The position numbers were made by a program, and so were the translations under genes. Shown piece after piece: positions 38,057 through 50,433 of a stretch of DNA of 64,000 bases. The DNA is from an uncultured delta proteobacterium (GTDB lineage: Bacteria; Myxococcota_A; Polyangia; Haliangiales; Haliangiaceae): positions 4,576,001 to 4,640,000 of the forward strand of contig CAWKDB010000010.1 of NCBI GenBank assembly GCA_963848295.1. The letters run 5' to 3'. The first letter of the stretch is position 1, and each line of letters begins with the position of its first letter. Under the pieces are notes generated by a model, which did not search any database, was not told the DNA's origin, and saw only the letters and a list, made by a program, of their open reading frames with translations.

Positions 38057-40021
38057 CTACGGGCAGGGGTCGGTGAGTCCGCCGGGCGCTGGGATCGTCG
38101 GCACGCCATCGCGCAAATAGCTCTCGAGGAAGCAACCATACTGGTGCTTCACGCTGTCGAGCTGGCGATAGATGTAGTGCGGATCGATGATGCCGTCGCC
38201 GTTGAACTGCACGACCGCGCGCGTGTAGCCGTCGCGGTTGCCCTTGACCGGGTACGTCATCAGACCGCTGGTGCCGTCGAGCGCGAGTGCGTCCTGCATC
38301 GTCGGCCAGACCTCGTCTCCGGCTTCGGTGTTGCCGTACGACAGTGCGGCGGCGTCGTAGACGTCCGTCGGGAAGTACGTGTCGCCCTTGCCGACCGGCT
38401 CGTAGATATGGCGGATCGGCATGCCGGGCAACGGGCGGTCGCCGAGGCGCGACATCGCCGCGACCGGCTCGGCGATCTCCCAGCCAAGCGCGATCGTGTT
38501 CATCGCCGGATGCAGGAACGTCGCGCTGTCCTCGTCGATCCCGAGCGCCGCGGTCAGCAGGTCCCTCGCGCCGGGCACGCTCGCGGTCTCGAGGATCATC
38601 AGGTTCCAGAAGCCGCCGGCGCCGGTCGGCACGAGCGCGCCGAATCGCGGCTCGATCGAGCCCACCAGGTTCGTGTACATGCCGCCCATCGATTGGCCGC
38701 CGGCCATGCGATTGCTGGCATCGAACGAGTAGCTGCCGGTCGTCGTCGAGATCCCGGTGCAGCCGGCGAGCGTCGCCGCGGGAATCTGCAGCGTCTCGAG
38801 CGCGTCGGTGAGCAGCCGTTGCTCGAACACGCCCTGCTGGAACGTGAACGGCAGCGCCGCGACGTTGTTGATGCTGAGGTACTCGTAGTCGGTCGCACCG
38901 GGGAAGCGCTCGGGGTTGAGCGGCAACGCCGAGGACACCGCGGCGATGCCGTGCAGCGCGACGACATAGCCCGGACCTTTGCCCGGCTCGGGATCGTCGC
39001 TCGAGTCGGGCGAGCGGCCGAGATCGACGAGCCCGCTCGAGAGTCCGCCGGAGCCGTGGAAGAATTGATAGAGCGGAAAGCCGTTCGCGGGCATCGCGAG
39101 CTTCGGCAGCGTGATGACGACCGGGATGGTCATCATCGTCTGCATCTGCGGCACGTCGTTGCCATCGACGACGAAGATGCCATCGCTGTTGAACGGCGGC
39201 GTCCCGGTCTGGAACTGCGGCACGGTGAGCGTGCCGTCGAGTCGGCAGAAGCCGTCGTAGGTGTCGCCGCCGGTGAGCGCGAGGTTGTCGACCGTGACGT
39301 GATACGCGGCGCGGATCGCTTCCGAGCGCTTGAACAGTCGGCCGACCTCGTCGCCGGTCGTGAACACGGTCGCGATGAGCACGTCGTCGGTTGCGATCCC
39401 GGCGGACGCGAGCGCGGGCCACAGCGGCGCATACAGCGTTGCGGCAGCGGCCCCTCGGTCGCCACTCGGCGTCTTGCCGGCGGCGAGCTCGGCGAACGCG
39501 GCGGGTTGCGTGAAGCCCGGTGCGAACGACGTGCGCAGCACGTACGCGTACGTCGTCGCGGGGCGAAGCACGATGCCAGGACGCGGCGCGATGCCGACGA
39601 GGTTCGTCGGCGTATAGCCGTCGGGTACGAGCGTCTGAGCGACGGTGGCGTACTCGGTGCCGAGCTCGGGCGAGGTCGGATCGATGTCGATCAGCACGAC
39701 GTCGCCGCCCGGTGCGATCACATCGCCGATCGCGCGATCGGGAATCGTGGCGGTGAACCGGAAGTACGCCGCGGGCATCGACGTCCAGCCCGTGTGCGCG
39801 GGGACGTTCGACAGCACGTTCTCCACGAGCGGGACGTCGCGCGCGTTGAGGAACCCGGTCATGTCCGGCGCGCCATTCGCGTCGAGCCGGAGGTCCGACG
39901 GGAACGGCAGGTCATAGAACGATTGATCGGCGAGCGGGCTGCTCAGATCGAACACCGCGGTCGATGAGGTCGAATCACCGCCGCACGAGACCACGAGCGC
40001 GACTGCGAGAATCCGTTTCAT
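38057..40021 (-). CDS. Lipoprotein with Ig-like N-term and alpha/beta hydrolase (lipase-like) domain
   Basis: Lipobox VVSC; PFPSD, FHGSGG, GQSMGG nucleophile, GKGD, DPH. Confidence 0.8.
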   Translation of the reverse strand: MKRILAVALVVSCGGDSTSSTAVFDLSSPLADQSFYDLPFPSDLRLDANGAPDMTGFLNARDVPLVENVLSNVPAHTGWTSMPAAYFRFTATIPDRAIGDVIAPGGDVVLIDIDPTSPELGTEYATVAQTLVPDGYTPTNLVGIAPRPGIVLRPATTYAYVLRTSFAPGFTQPAAFAELAAGKTPSGDRGAAAATLYAPLWPALASAGIATDDVLIATVFTTGDEVGRLFKRSEAIRAAYHVTVDNLALTGGDTYDGFCRLDGTLTVPQFQTGTPPFNSDGIFVVDGNDVPQMQTMMTIPVVITLPKLAMPANGFPLYQFFHGSGGLSSGLVDLGRSPDSSDDPEPGKGPGYVVALHGIAAVSSALPLNPERFPGATDYEYLSINNVAALPFTFQQGVFEQRLLTDALETLQIPAATLAGCTGISTTTGSYSFDASNRMAGGQSMGGMYTNLVGSIEPRFGALVPTGAGGFWNLMILETASVPGARDLLTAALGIDEDSATFLHPAMNTIALGWEIAEPVAAMSRLGDRPLPGMPIRHIYEPVGKGDTYFPTDVYDAAALSYGNTEAGDEVWPTMQDALALDGTSGLMTYPVKGNRDGYTRAVVQFNGDGIIDPHYIYRQLDSVKHQYGCFLESYLRDGVPTIPAPGGLTDPCP

Positions 40022-40107
40022 GGCGCGTGAATATAGAGAGCCTGGCGTACGAAGCGACGAATAGTTACAGCCCGATGACCCGGGGTCTGCAACGAACGTG
40101 AGCCGGA

Positions 40108-41385
40108 TTACCCGGAGATCGTGCGGCGCGGGGCGCGATACCTCGGCGGGACCCTCGCGGCGGTCCTGACCTTGTCGAGGATCGCGTGCGCGAGCTCGGC
40201 GTCGTCGGGGATGAACGGCACGCCGACCGCATCGAACAGCGGGCGATCGCTGTCGGACACCTGGCCGATCAAGCAGACCTCGCCCTTGGGTCCGTCGGGC
40301 AAGCCGCGCGCGTACATGATCAGCTCGAGCGCGTTCATCACGCCGCGCAACGACGAATCGACGAGCACGAGATCCGGCTGATCGCGGTTGAGCTTGTGAG
40401 CCGCATCGGTGCCTTCGCTCGCGATCTCGACGTTGACCGATGCCTGAGCGCGGCGCGCCAGGCTCCACAACCAGCGTGCGCGTGCGGTGTCGTCATCCAC
40501 GATCAACACGCGTAGCGTGCGAGTCGCGGCGCCGAGGCGTTCGATGATCGCTTCGAGCTGGAGCAACACCTCGGCTGCGGAGCGCGGCCGCATGGCGGGA
40601 TGTTTGACGAGCAGCCACTCGACCAGATCCGACAGCTCGCTCGGTAGGTCGGGTCGCAGATCGGCGATGCGCGGTGGTGGCTCGTGCGCGTGCCCACGCA
40701 GCTCGTTGGCCGCATCCTCGTCGGCGAACGGCGGTAAGCCGCGCGCGAGCTCGATCGCGACGCAACCAAGGCCATAGAGATCGATCGCTTCGGCGGCGGC
40801 CGGATCGTGTGCGACCGCGGTGCCGAGCACGATCTCGGGCGCGAGCACCTGGCCGTGCGGGCCGAACGCAGGCACCTGAGACAGCGAGAGTCGACCGAGC
40901 ACCATCCGTCCATCGGCGCAGAGCAAGACGGTCGAGCCCGAGATGTCGCCGACCGCGATGCCACTCTCGTGCGAGCGCACGACCGCCGCGACCAGCGTGC
41001 GCAGCCGATCGAGATAGACGCCCGGAGGTGGAGGCGTGTCGAGCACGTCGCGCAGCAGCTGGCCGACGACGCGTTCGCCGACGACATACTCGGCTCCGTT
41101 GTGGTTGCCCATGCCGTGCATCTGGACCGAGCACGGGTCGCGGACCGCGGCGCAACGCCGTGCTTCGAGGATCAGCGACGGCGTGCCGGGGTCGCGCCAC
41201 GCGAGCTTGAACGCGACCGGGCGGTCGAGCAGCATGTCGCGGGCCTCGAACACGACGCCGGTATCGGTGCGCGCGATCTCGTCCTTGATCGCGTACGTCG
41301 AGTTGATCACCTCGCCCTGGGCGAGCGATCGCACCGGGCTTTCGCGAAATCCCGGCGGCGCACTGAACGATCCCGAGCGAGACAC
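40108..41385 (-). CDS. Ser/Thr pseudokinase fused to a receiver-like domain
   Basis: VAFK and APE, DLYGLG retained; HRD/DFG replaced by VGDISGST/GRL; C-term VLIVDDD..PDLVLVD. Confidence 0.8.
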   Translation of the reverse strand: MSRSGSFSAPPGFRESPVRSLAQGEVINSTYAIKDEIARTDTGVVFEARDMLLDRPVAFKLAWRDPGTPSLILEARRCAAVRDPCSVQMHGMGNHNGAEYVVGERVVGQLLRDVLDTPPPPGVYLDRLRTLVAAVVRSHESGIAVGDISGSTVLLCADGRMVLGRLSLSQVPAFGPHGQVLAPEIVLGTAVAHDPAAAEAIDLYGLGCVAIELARGLPPFADEDAANELRGHAHEPPPRIADLRPDLPSELSDLVEWLLVKHPAMRPRSAAEVLLQLEAIIERLGAATRTLRVLIVDDDTARARWLWSLARRAQASVNVEIASEGTDAAHKLNRDQPDLVLVDSSLRGVMNALELIMYARGLPDGPKGEVCLIGQVSDSDRPLFDAVGVPFIPDDAELAHAILDKVRTAARVPPRYRAPRRTISG

Positions 41386-41398
41386 GACCTCGGGTGTA

Positions 41399-42247
41399 TC
41401 ACGGCCACGCCATCGCGACCGCGCCCGCCGCGACCAACGCGGCCCCGGCGATCTGCGGTGCGCGCGGCTTCTCGCCCATCGCTGCGGCGAGCATCGTCGC
41501 GAACAGGACCGAGGTATTGCGCGCGGTCAAAGCGAACCCCGCGCCGCTCGACGCGAGCGCCTGGATCAGCAGCAAGAACGAACCACCGCAGATCACGCCC
41601 ATCAACGCGACCCGCAGTGTACGCGTACGCAGCAACGCGATCGCGACGCGGCGGCCGGCGCGGCCGAGGCGCACGTAGTTGATCGCGGTCGCGAGCCCGA
41701 GCGCGAGCGCGAACACCGCCGACGAGCTGCCGCCCGCCTCCATCGCCGCCTTGTACGCGAGGTGATAGCCGGCGATCGCGCCCGCACAGGCGATCGTCCA
41801 GGGCAGCGCGCGCCGCGGCATCGACGCCGATCCGGACGTGCGGCCGGCCAGCGCGACACCGGCGAGCACCGCGACGCTGCCTGCGATCGCTCCGGGCGTC
41901 GCGACCTCGGAGAACCACGCGATCGACAGCGGCCAGATCACGAGGATCGCGCCGCCGCGCGACACGGTGTAGACCGGCCCGAGCGGGCCACGGTCGAGCG
42001 CGCGTGCGAGCGTGACGAAGTAGGCGAGCTCGAGCACGCCAGCCGACAGCGACCACGCGATCGACGCGGTCGTCGGCAGCGGCGGCACCCCGGTCGCGGC
42101 CCAGCGCGCCCCGGCGACGACGGCGGCGAGCACCGTCGCGACGGTCACCGCGGCGACGAGCGCGCGGTCTTTGTCGGCTTCGAGCCGGAGCAGCGCATTC
42201 CACAGCGCATGCAAGAACGCCGAGGCCAAGACCAGCGCGATGTCCAC
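41399..42247 (-). CDS. EamA/DMT family transporter
   Basis: LASAFLHALWN, VYTVSRG, RNTSVLF, GE motifs; about 10 TMs. Confidence 0.88.
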   Translation of the reverse strand: MDIALVLASAFLHALWNALLRLEADKDRALVAAVTVATVLAAVVAGARWAATGVPPLPTTASIAWSLSAGVLELAYFVTLARALDRGPLGPVYTVSRGGAILVIWPLSIAWFSEVATPGAIAGSVAVLAGVALAGRTSGSASMPRRALPWTIACAGAIAGYHLAYKAAMEAGGSSSAVFALALGLATAINYVRLGRAGRRVAIALLRTRTLRVALMGVICGGSFLLLIQALASSGAGFALTARNTSVLFATMLAAAMGEKPRAPQIAGAALVAAGAVAMAWP

Positions 42248-42259
42248 GTCGGACCCAGC

Positions 42260-43351
42260 TTACGCGCGCCGGGCCGCGGATATTGCATCGCGCTCCGCCC
42301 AGAACGTCGCCATCGTCGGCCACACGCGCTCGGCTGCCTTGCGCGAGACGACCGCGCCGACGTGGCCGCCGCCGAGCGCGACGAGTTGCTTGTCGCGGCT
42401 CGCGACGCCGCCGAAGGTGCGGACTTGCCCCGCGCCGGCACCGGCGCCGAATGGCGGCGCGGTTCCACCGACGAGCGGCGCCGCGCTCGCGAGCGGCACG
42501 ATGTGGTCGTCGGTGAACGCGAGCGCGAGCACCGGGCACGTGATCTGTGCGAGGTCGGCTCGTCGGCCGGCGAGCGCGAAGCCGCCGCGCACGAGCGCGT
42601 TGCCGCGATACAGCTCGTCGATGTAGCGCGCGTAGCACGCGCCCGGGAACGCCACGTTGTCGTTGCCCCAGGTCTCGGTGGCGACGAAACCCTCGAGGAA
42701 CTCGTCGTCCCATGCACGATCGAGCACCGCGACCAGCTTGGAGGCGGCCAGCGTGGGCCTGAGCGCGTGAAAGCTCGCTTGCATCAACCGCCACGGCACG
42801 TTGCCGAACGCGTCGGTCAGTGCGCGGACGTCGAACGCGGCCGTGCGCGTCCACGTCGCCATGATGCCGGCGTGATCGAAATCGATCGGCGCGGCGAGCG
42901 CGACGAACGAGGCGACGTGCTCGGGGAACGCCGCGACATACGCCGCGGCGAGCGTGCCGCCGAGGCAGTAGCCGAGCACGTGGACGGGGCCCGCCGCGTA
43001 GCGCGCCGCGACTCGCACGGCGCGACCGAGGTAACGGCCGCCGATGTCATCCCAGGTCAGGAACCGATCCTCGTCGGTCGGCGTGCCCCAGTCGATGCAG
43101 AATACCTCGTGGCCGTGCGCGACGAGCCACTCGACGAACGAGCGCCCGGGCCCGAGGTCGAGCACGTACCACCGGTTGATCAGCGACGGCACGAGCACGA
43201 TCGGCGTGCGAAAGCGCCGGACGCTCGGCGAGAACCGCAGCAGCCGCCACTTGTTCTCGGTCCACACCACGGTGTGCGGTGTCGAGCCGACCGACGCCGG
43301 GCCCTTCGTCGAACGCTTCGCGAGGGCGAGGAGTGAGCGCAACGGTTTCAA
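42260..43351 (-). CDS. phaC: Polyhydroxyalkanoate synthase, class III PhaC-like (copy 1)
   Basis: TPH.VVW, LVPSLINRWYVLDL, IDWG, GYCLGG (Cys), DDHIVP (Asp), GGHVG (His). Confidence 0.85.
   Translation of the reverse strand: MKPLRSLLALAKRSTKGPASVGSTPHTVVWTENKWRLLRFSPSVRRFRTPIVLVPSLINRWYVLDLGPGRSFVEWLVAHGHEVFCIDWGTPTDEDRFLTWDDIGGRYLGRAVRVAARYAAGPVHVLGYCLGGTLAAAYVAAFPEHVASFVALAAPIDFDHAGIMATWTRTAAFDVRALTDAFGNVPWRLMQASFHALRPTLAASKLVAVLDRAWDDEFLEGFVATETWGNDNVAFPGACYARYIDELYRGNALVRGGFALAGRRADLAQITCPVLALAFTDDHIVPLASAAPLVGGTAPPFGAGAGAGQVRTFGGVASRDKQLVALGGGHVGAVVSRKAAERVWPTMATFWAERDAISAARRA
42410..42466 (-). repeat. In-frame 57-bp double-hairpin coding repeat, copy C
   Basis: GGAACCGCGCCGCCATTCGGCGCCGGTGCCGGCGCGGGGCAAGTCCGCACCTTCGGC, translating to GTAPPFGAGAGAGQVRTFG; absent from the paralog at 52162. 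Confidence 0.85.
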
Positions 43352-43378
43352 GTCGCGGCCTCGCCGAGCCGACGAGCA

Positions 43379-45016
43379 TCACGCATAGAGCGCCTCGAAC
43401 TGGTCGCGCAGCCGCTCGTATACGATCTTGCGCCGCAGCTTGAGTGCCGCGGTCAGCGTCCCGTCTTCGACGGTGAGCGGCGCCTCGACCACGAAGTGGC
43501 GCTTGATCGTCTCGTGGCGCGCGAGCCCGCCGTTGATCGCGTCGATCCGCGCCGCGACCTGGCGCGCACGCTCCCCTTCCGGGACGTCGGCGCGACTCCA
43601 CACCGCGGCGACGAGGTAGGGCCGCGCGTCGCCGTAGACCACGACGCGCTCGATCACCGGGTCGCCTTCGAATCGCGCTTCGATGTTGACCGGTGGGATG
43701 TTCTTCCCGCCGGCGGTGACCAGGATGTCCTTCTTGCGATCGATGATCTGCAGGAACCCATCGGTCGTCCACCGGCCGATGTCGCCGGTGCGAAACCAGC
43801 CGTCGGCCGTGAACGCCGCGGCGGTCGCCTCCGGATCTTTGAAGTAACCGCCGAACACGTTCGGGCCGCGTGCGAGGATCTCACCGTCGGAGTCGAGCCT
43901 GAGCTCGAGCGATGCTAACGGCTTGCCGACGGAATCGAACCGAAACGCATCCGGCCGATTGAGGGTCAGCGTGGGCGACGTCTCGGTCAGGCCATAGCCT
44001 TCGATGATCAAGACGCCGGCGTCGTGCAGCAACTGCTTGATCTCGAGCTTCAGGCCGGCGCCGCCCGACAGGCAGAAGCGCAGTCGACCGCCGGTGACGC
44101 GGCGCAGCGCCTCCTCGCGCGCGACGCGCGAGCTCGTGGCGGCGTTCGCGCCCGGTGGCGCGAGCATCGCGCGCGCGATCTTCTCCCAGTATGCCGGGAC
44201 CGACATGAACACCTGGGGCGCCACCCCGGGCAACACGTCGAGCACGTCCGCTGGAGTCGCGAGATACGTCTCCCAGCCGAGCACGTTGCCGCAACACAGC
44301 TCGCCAAACCCGAAGATGTGGCTCATCGGCAGCCACAAGAGATCTCGGTCGCCCTCCGCGAGCAGCGGCGCGTTGCTGCGCAACCAGTCGGCTCCGTTAC
44401 TGCCGACATTGCGGTGCGTGAGCGGAACGCCTTTCGGATCGCCCGACGTGCCGCTCGTGTAGAGCATCTGCGCGGGGTGATCGAGCTCGAGTGCTCCGAG
44501 CCGGGCGTCGACCAAGGTCGGCGCGGCAGCGTCGCGATCCGACGCCGCGCGAATCGAGTCGTTGTCGTCCGCGAGCCAGGCGCAGGTCTCGAGATCGACG
44601 ACGGTCGGCGCGCGGGGCACGCAGCGTCGCGCTTGCTCGAGACGAGAGACTTGATCGGCTCCGGCCACGAACACGTAACGGATCTCGGCATGCTCGAGGA
44701 TGTAGGCCACTTGCTCGACCGTCGACGCCGGATAGATCGGCACGAACACCGCGCCCGCGGTCTGCGCGCCGAGCGCCGCACTCGCCCATGCCACCGAGTT
44801 CGGTGCAAAGATCGCGACGCGCTCGCCCGGGTCGAGCTCGCGCTCGACGAGCCAGCGCGCGACGCCGCGGATCTGTAACGCGAATTGCCCCCACGTCACC
44901 GGCCGCCATGCGCCACCATCGCGAACCTGAAACCGGGCGCGATGGCGATGAGTCGCCAGCCGATCGAACACCGCGCGCGGCGCCGGTTGGATCGTGAGCA
45001 GCGGCGTGACGTCCAT
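43379..45016 (-). CDS. AMP-dependent acyl-CoA synthetase (FadD15-like)
   Basis: [35 protein letters not shown]. Confidence 0.92.
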   Translation of the reverse strand: MDVTPLLTIQPAPRAVFDRLATHRHRARFQVRDGGAWRPVTWGQFALQIRGVARWLVERELDPGERVAIFAPNSVAWASAALGAQTAGAVFVPIYPASTVEQVAYILEHAEIRYVFVAGADQVSRLEQARRCVPRAPTVVDLETCAWLADDNDSIRAASDRDAAAPTLVDARLGALELDHPAQMLYTSGTSGDPKGVPLTHRNVGSNGADWLRSNAPLLAEGDRDLLWLPMSHIFGFGELCCGNVLGWETYLATPADVLDVLPGVAPQVFMSVPAYWEKIARAMLAPPGANAATSSRVAREEALRRVTGGRLRFCLSGGAGLKLEIKQLLHDAGVLIIEGYGLTETSPTLTLNRPDAFRFDSVGKPLASLELRLDSDGEILARGPNVFGGYFKDPEATAAAFTADGWFRTGDIGRWTTDGFLQIIDRKKDILVTAGGKNIPPVNIEARFEGDPVIERVVVYGDARPYLVAAVWSRADVPEGERARQVAARIDAINGGLARHETIKRHFVVEAPLTVEDGTLTAALKLRRKIVYERLRDQFEALYA

Positions 45017-45020
45017 GATG

Positions 45021-45317
45021 TTAGCTCCGCTTGCTCGTCTCGAGCCGCGCTTCGAGCTGCTCCGCCAAGTCGTAGAGCCGGCTCTCGAGCATGTTGAGCT
45101 TGTGCAGCGCGCGCTCCTGGTCGCGCCGAGTCGACAGCCCGAGCGCAGCCCACCACGCGGTCATCGCGCGATCGGTCGCCGCCTTCGTCTTCATCGCGGC
45201 GGTGAGCATCGCGCCCGCGGGGCCGAGCACCGCGGGATTGGTCATCACCTTCTCCATGTACTGCGCGGTCGCTTGTTCCCAGGCGTTGAAGCCTTGCTTC
45301 CACAGGTCCCAGATCAT
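45021..45317 (-). CDS. Small PhaE-like PHA synthase subunit
   Basis: 98 aa; [19 protein letters not shown] resembles the PhaE C-terminal L.PTR.E motif; GAGGAG RBS; in the phaC operon. Confidence 0.65.
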   Translation of the reverse strand: MIWDLWKQGFNAWEQATAQYMEKVMTNPAVLGPAGAMLTAAMKTKAATDRAMTAWWAALGLSTRRDQERALHKLNMLESRLYDLAEQLEARLETSKRS

Positions 45318-45368
45318 GTGCGTTCTCCTCGTTCTTCCTGTCGGTCGTTCTGTCATTCGTTTCGGTGG

Positions 45369-46177
45369 TCAGTCCTGGCCGAGCGCAAACCGCCTGAGCG
45401 TCGCCGCGGTCGTGAAGTCTGCGTTCGTCTCGTTCGGCTCGCTGTCCGCATGGGCGACCTCGCCGAAACACTCGAAGTAGAACCCGGTCGTGCGCTTGCC
45501 GATCGTCGTCGTGCCGGTCGAAGGCGCGCGCACGAGGTGGGTCCGGACGCGCAGCACCGGCGAGAAGTCGACATACGGCAACTCGAGCTCGCCAGCGCCC
45601 GAGACGTCGATCTCGAACTGATCACTCCCGACAAACGGCAGCCCGTCGATCGTCGCCGCCGCCAACGGCGCGGTCGTCGTGAACGTCTGGCCATCTTCGA
45701 TTGGAAACCGCAGCGCCGCGACCGGCTCGGCATACGCGACCAACGTCTTGCCGGCGCTCGGCATGGCCTCGTGCGACGCCGTGCCATCGAGCCACAGCGC
45801 ACTGGCATCTTGATGATAGATGCCGTCGATCCCGTCGCCAGCGTCGACCACGAATTGTCCGGCGGGAAAGCTCGCCGCATACCACTGGCCGGACAGCGCT
45901 ACGGGCCCGAGCGCGACGATCGTGTCGTCCGGCAACTGGGTCGACAGGTCCCAGACGTCGTCGGTCGCGACCAGGTCGACCGTTCTATTTTCACCTTGAT
46001 AATAGGACAGCGTCGCCCCGAGCGCGATCGGCAGCTCCTCGGCCGTGATCTCGCCATCGCGGTTCGGCACGCACGACGGCAACATCGGCACCGGCTGTGG
46101 TTGCGGGGTCTCGTTCGTCCCGCACCCTGAAGCGAGTACGAGCACGAGTAGCGAGACGGGTCGAGGTTGGTGAAGCA

Positions 46178-46178
<1 letters not shown>
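45369..46178 (-). CDS. Lipoprotein (paralog of 48826-49728)
   Basis: Lipobox ASGC; CVPNRDGEI..ELP, WDLS, ECFGEVA. Confidence 0.75.
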
Positions 46179-48825
<2,647 letters not shown>

Positions 48826-48829
<4 letters not shown>

Positions 48830-49728
48830 GGGGCGAGCCTCTCGACTTCCGCGTCGTTCGAGAACTCGGTGCCGGACTCGAAGCTCTGCGACGTCACGGT
48901 CGCGACCGGTCCGAAGCATTCCGCGACCCACGCGAAGGTCTTGTTCGTCAGCAACGTCGCGACGCCTTCGGTGCGTTCGAGTGTCGTCGCGACGCGGAGC
49001 ACCGGGAACGCTCCGTACGGCGTGGTCATCGTGCCGACTTGGTCGACGCTCGAGTCGTATTCCTCGCTGTAGCCGGTGATCACGCCGTCGGCATAACCGG
49101 TGACGGTCGAAGTCGAGGTCCAGGTGTCGCCCGCTTTGAACGGGACCGCGAGGATCTTCGCCGGCGGGTCATAGGCCAGCTCGGTCTTCGTGCCGCCGCC
49201 GGTCGGCGACACGACGCCCAGCAAGGTCACGCCACTCGCGTTGACCTCGAACACGCCGAGCAGAGTCGACGAGGACGACAGCGGCGTCGCGTAGGTCGCC
49301 GCGGTGAAGTCCGCGGCCCACCACGCTCCGGTGGGCGAGGCGAGCGCGACGGTCGAGTCCGCGTCGCTCGAGAGCTGCCCGGACAAGTCCCACGTGCGCG
49401 AGCCGTCGCCGTTCGCGGTGCCCGCGGTGCTCCACGTCGCGTTCGTCGCGATCCGGAACTTCGCGCTCTGGCCGGCCGCGAGCGGGAGCTCGGAGCCGTC
49501 GATCGAGCCGTCGTGATTCGGCGTGCACACCCCAGTCGCGCCATCGCTGCCAGAGCCGTCGTTCGCGACGCCCGCGTCGAGGTCGGTCGGGCTGCACGTG
49601 TGGTCAGCGCGGCAAAACTTCGATGCACAATCGGCATCGACCGAGCAGGTCTCGCCGCCGCCGTTGCCGCAGCCCAGCATCAGTATGCTGCAATGCAGCG
49701 CAAAGATCGAAATCGGGCTGCGTGGCAT
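48826..49728 (-). CDS. Lipoprotein with Cys-rich N-term (paralog of 45369-46178)
   Basis: Lipobox MLGC; C..DADC...C....C; CTPNHDGSI..ELP, WDLS, ECFGPVA. Confidence 0.75.
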
Positions 49729-49810
49729 CGGCGGGCACGCTACGACCCCGGTAACACGGCTGTCAAGTCGGTTTTTGCGCTGCAACAAAAAACGGTCTTG
49801 CAGTGCGGCA
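49685..49810. promoter_or_regulatory. Three putative PhaR boxes and a sigma70-like promoter for the minus-strand operon
   Basis: TGCAATGCAGCG (49689), TGCGCTGCAACA (49776), TGCAGTGCGGCA (49799); minus-strand TTGACA (49766-61) N18 TAGCGT (49742-37). Confidence 0.65.
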
Positions 49811-49833
49811 ACCGGCCCCGTAAGGTGCCCGCG

Positions 49834-50433
49834 GTGGCGGTCCTGATCAAGAAGTACGGCAACCGCCGGCTCTACGACACCGGGGAGAGTCGCTACGTCA
49901 CGCTCGAGGAGCTCGCGACGAAGATCCGGAGCGGCGCGGATCTGCGCGTCGTCGATGCACAGAACGGCGAAGATCTGACGCAGGCCACGCTCACCCAGAT
50001 CGTGCTCGAGACCGGGAACGCCGCGAAATTCTTACCGGTGCAGCTGCTCACGCAGATGATCCGGCTATCCGACGATTCGCTCGCCGAGTTCTTCAGCCGC
50101 TATGTGACCGGTGCGCTCGATCTCTACTTGCAGGCGAAGCGCGGCGTGCAGACGCTCGCCTCGTACAACCCGTTGACGCAGATTCCGATGGCGGCGACCG
50201 ACGCGTTGACCCGGATGTGGATGGGCGGTCCGTTCGGAGGCGGCTATCAACAACCATACGCCGGCGGCTACGCTGCGCCGCCGCCTCCCGAGCCGATGCC
50301 GGTGGTCGCGACGCAACCATCGCCCGAGCCGGAGCGGGTGACCGAAGTCGCTGCGATGCGGCGCGAGCTCGACGAGCTCAAGCAAGCGATTCGCGAAGGC
50401 CTTCGGCCGAAACCTCGGAAGAAGAAAGCATAG
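49834..50433 (+). CDS. phaR: PHA synthesis repressor PhaR
   Basis: IKKYGNRRLYDT..SRYVTL, V.DA..GEDLT..TL.QI..E. Confidence 0.92.
   Translation: MAVLIKKYGNRRLYDTGESRYVTLEELATKIRSGADLRVVDAQNGEDLTQATLTQIVLETGNAAKFLPVQLLTQMIRLSDDSLAEFFSRYVTGALDLYLQAKRGVQTLASYNPLTQIPMAATDALTRMWMGGPFGGGYQQPYAGGYAAPPPPEPMPVVATQPSPEPERVTEVAAMRRELDELKQAIREGLRPKPRKKKA

Noticed and set aside
44110..44170. Possible further in-frame insertions ([15 protein letters not shown] in the ligase; also near 30970 and 50890)
   Set aside because: No sequence match to the 57-bp element; cannot be called without ortholog alignment.
50378..50433. 56-bp convergent overlap of phaR and MFS as antisense regulation
   Set aside because: Short 3' overlaps are common in this dense high-GC window.
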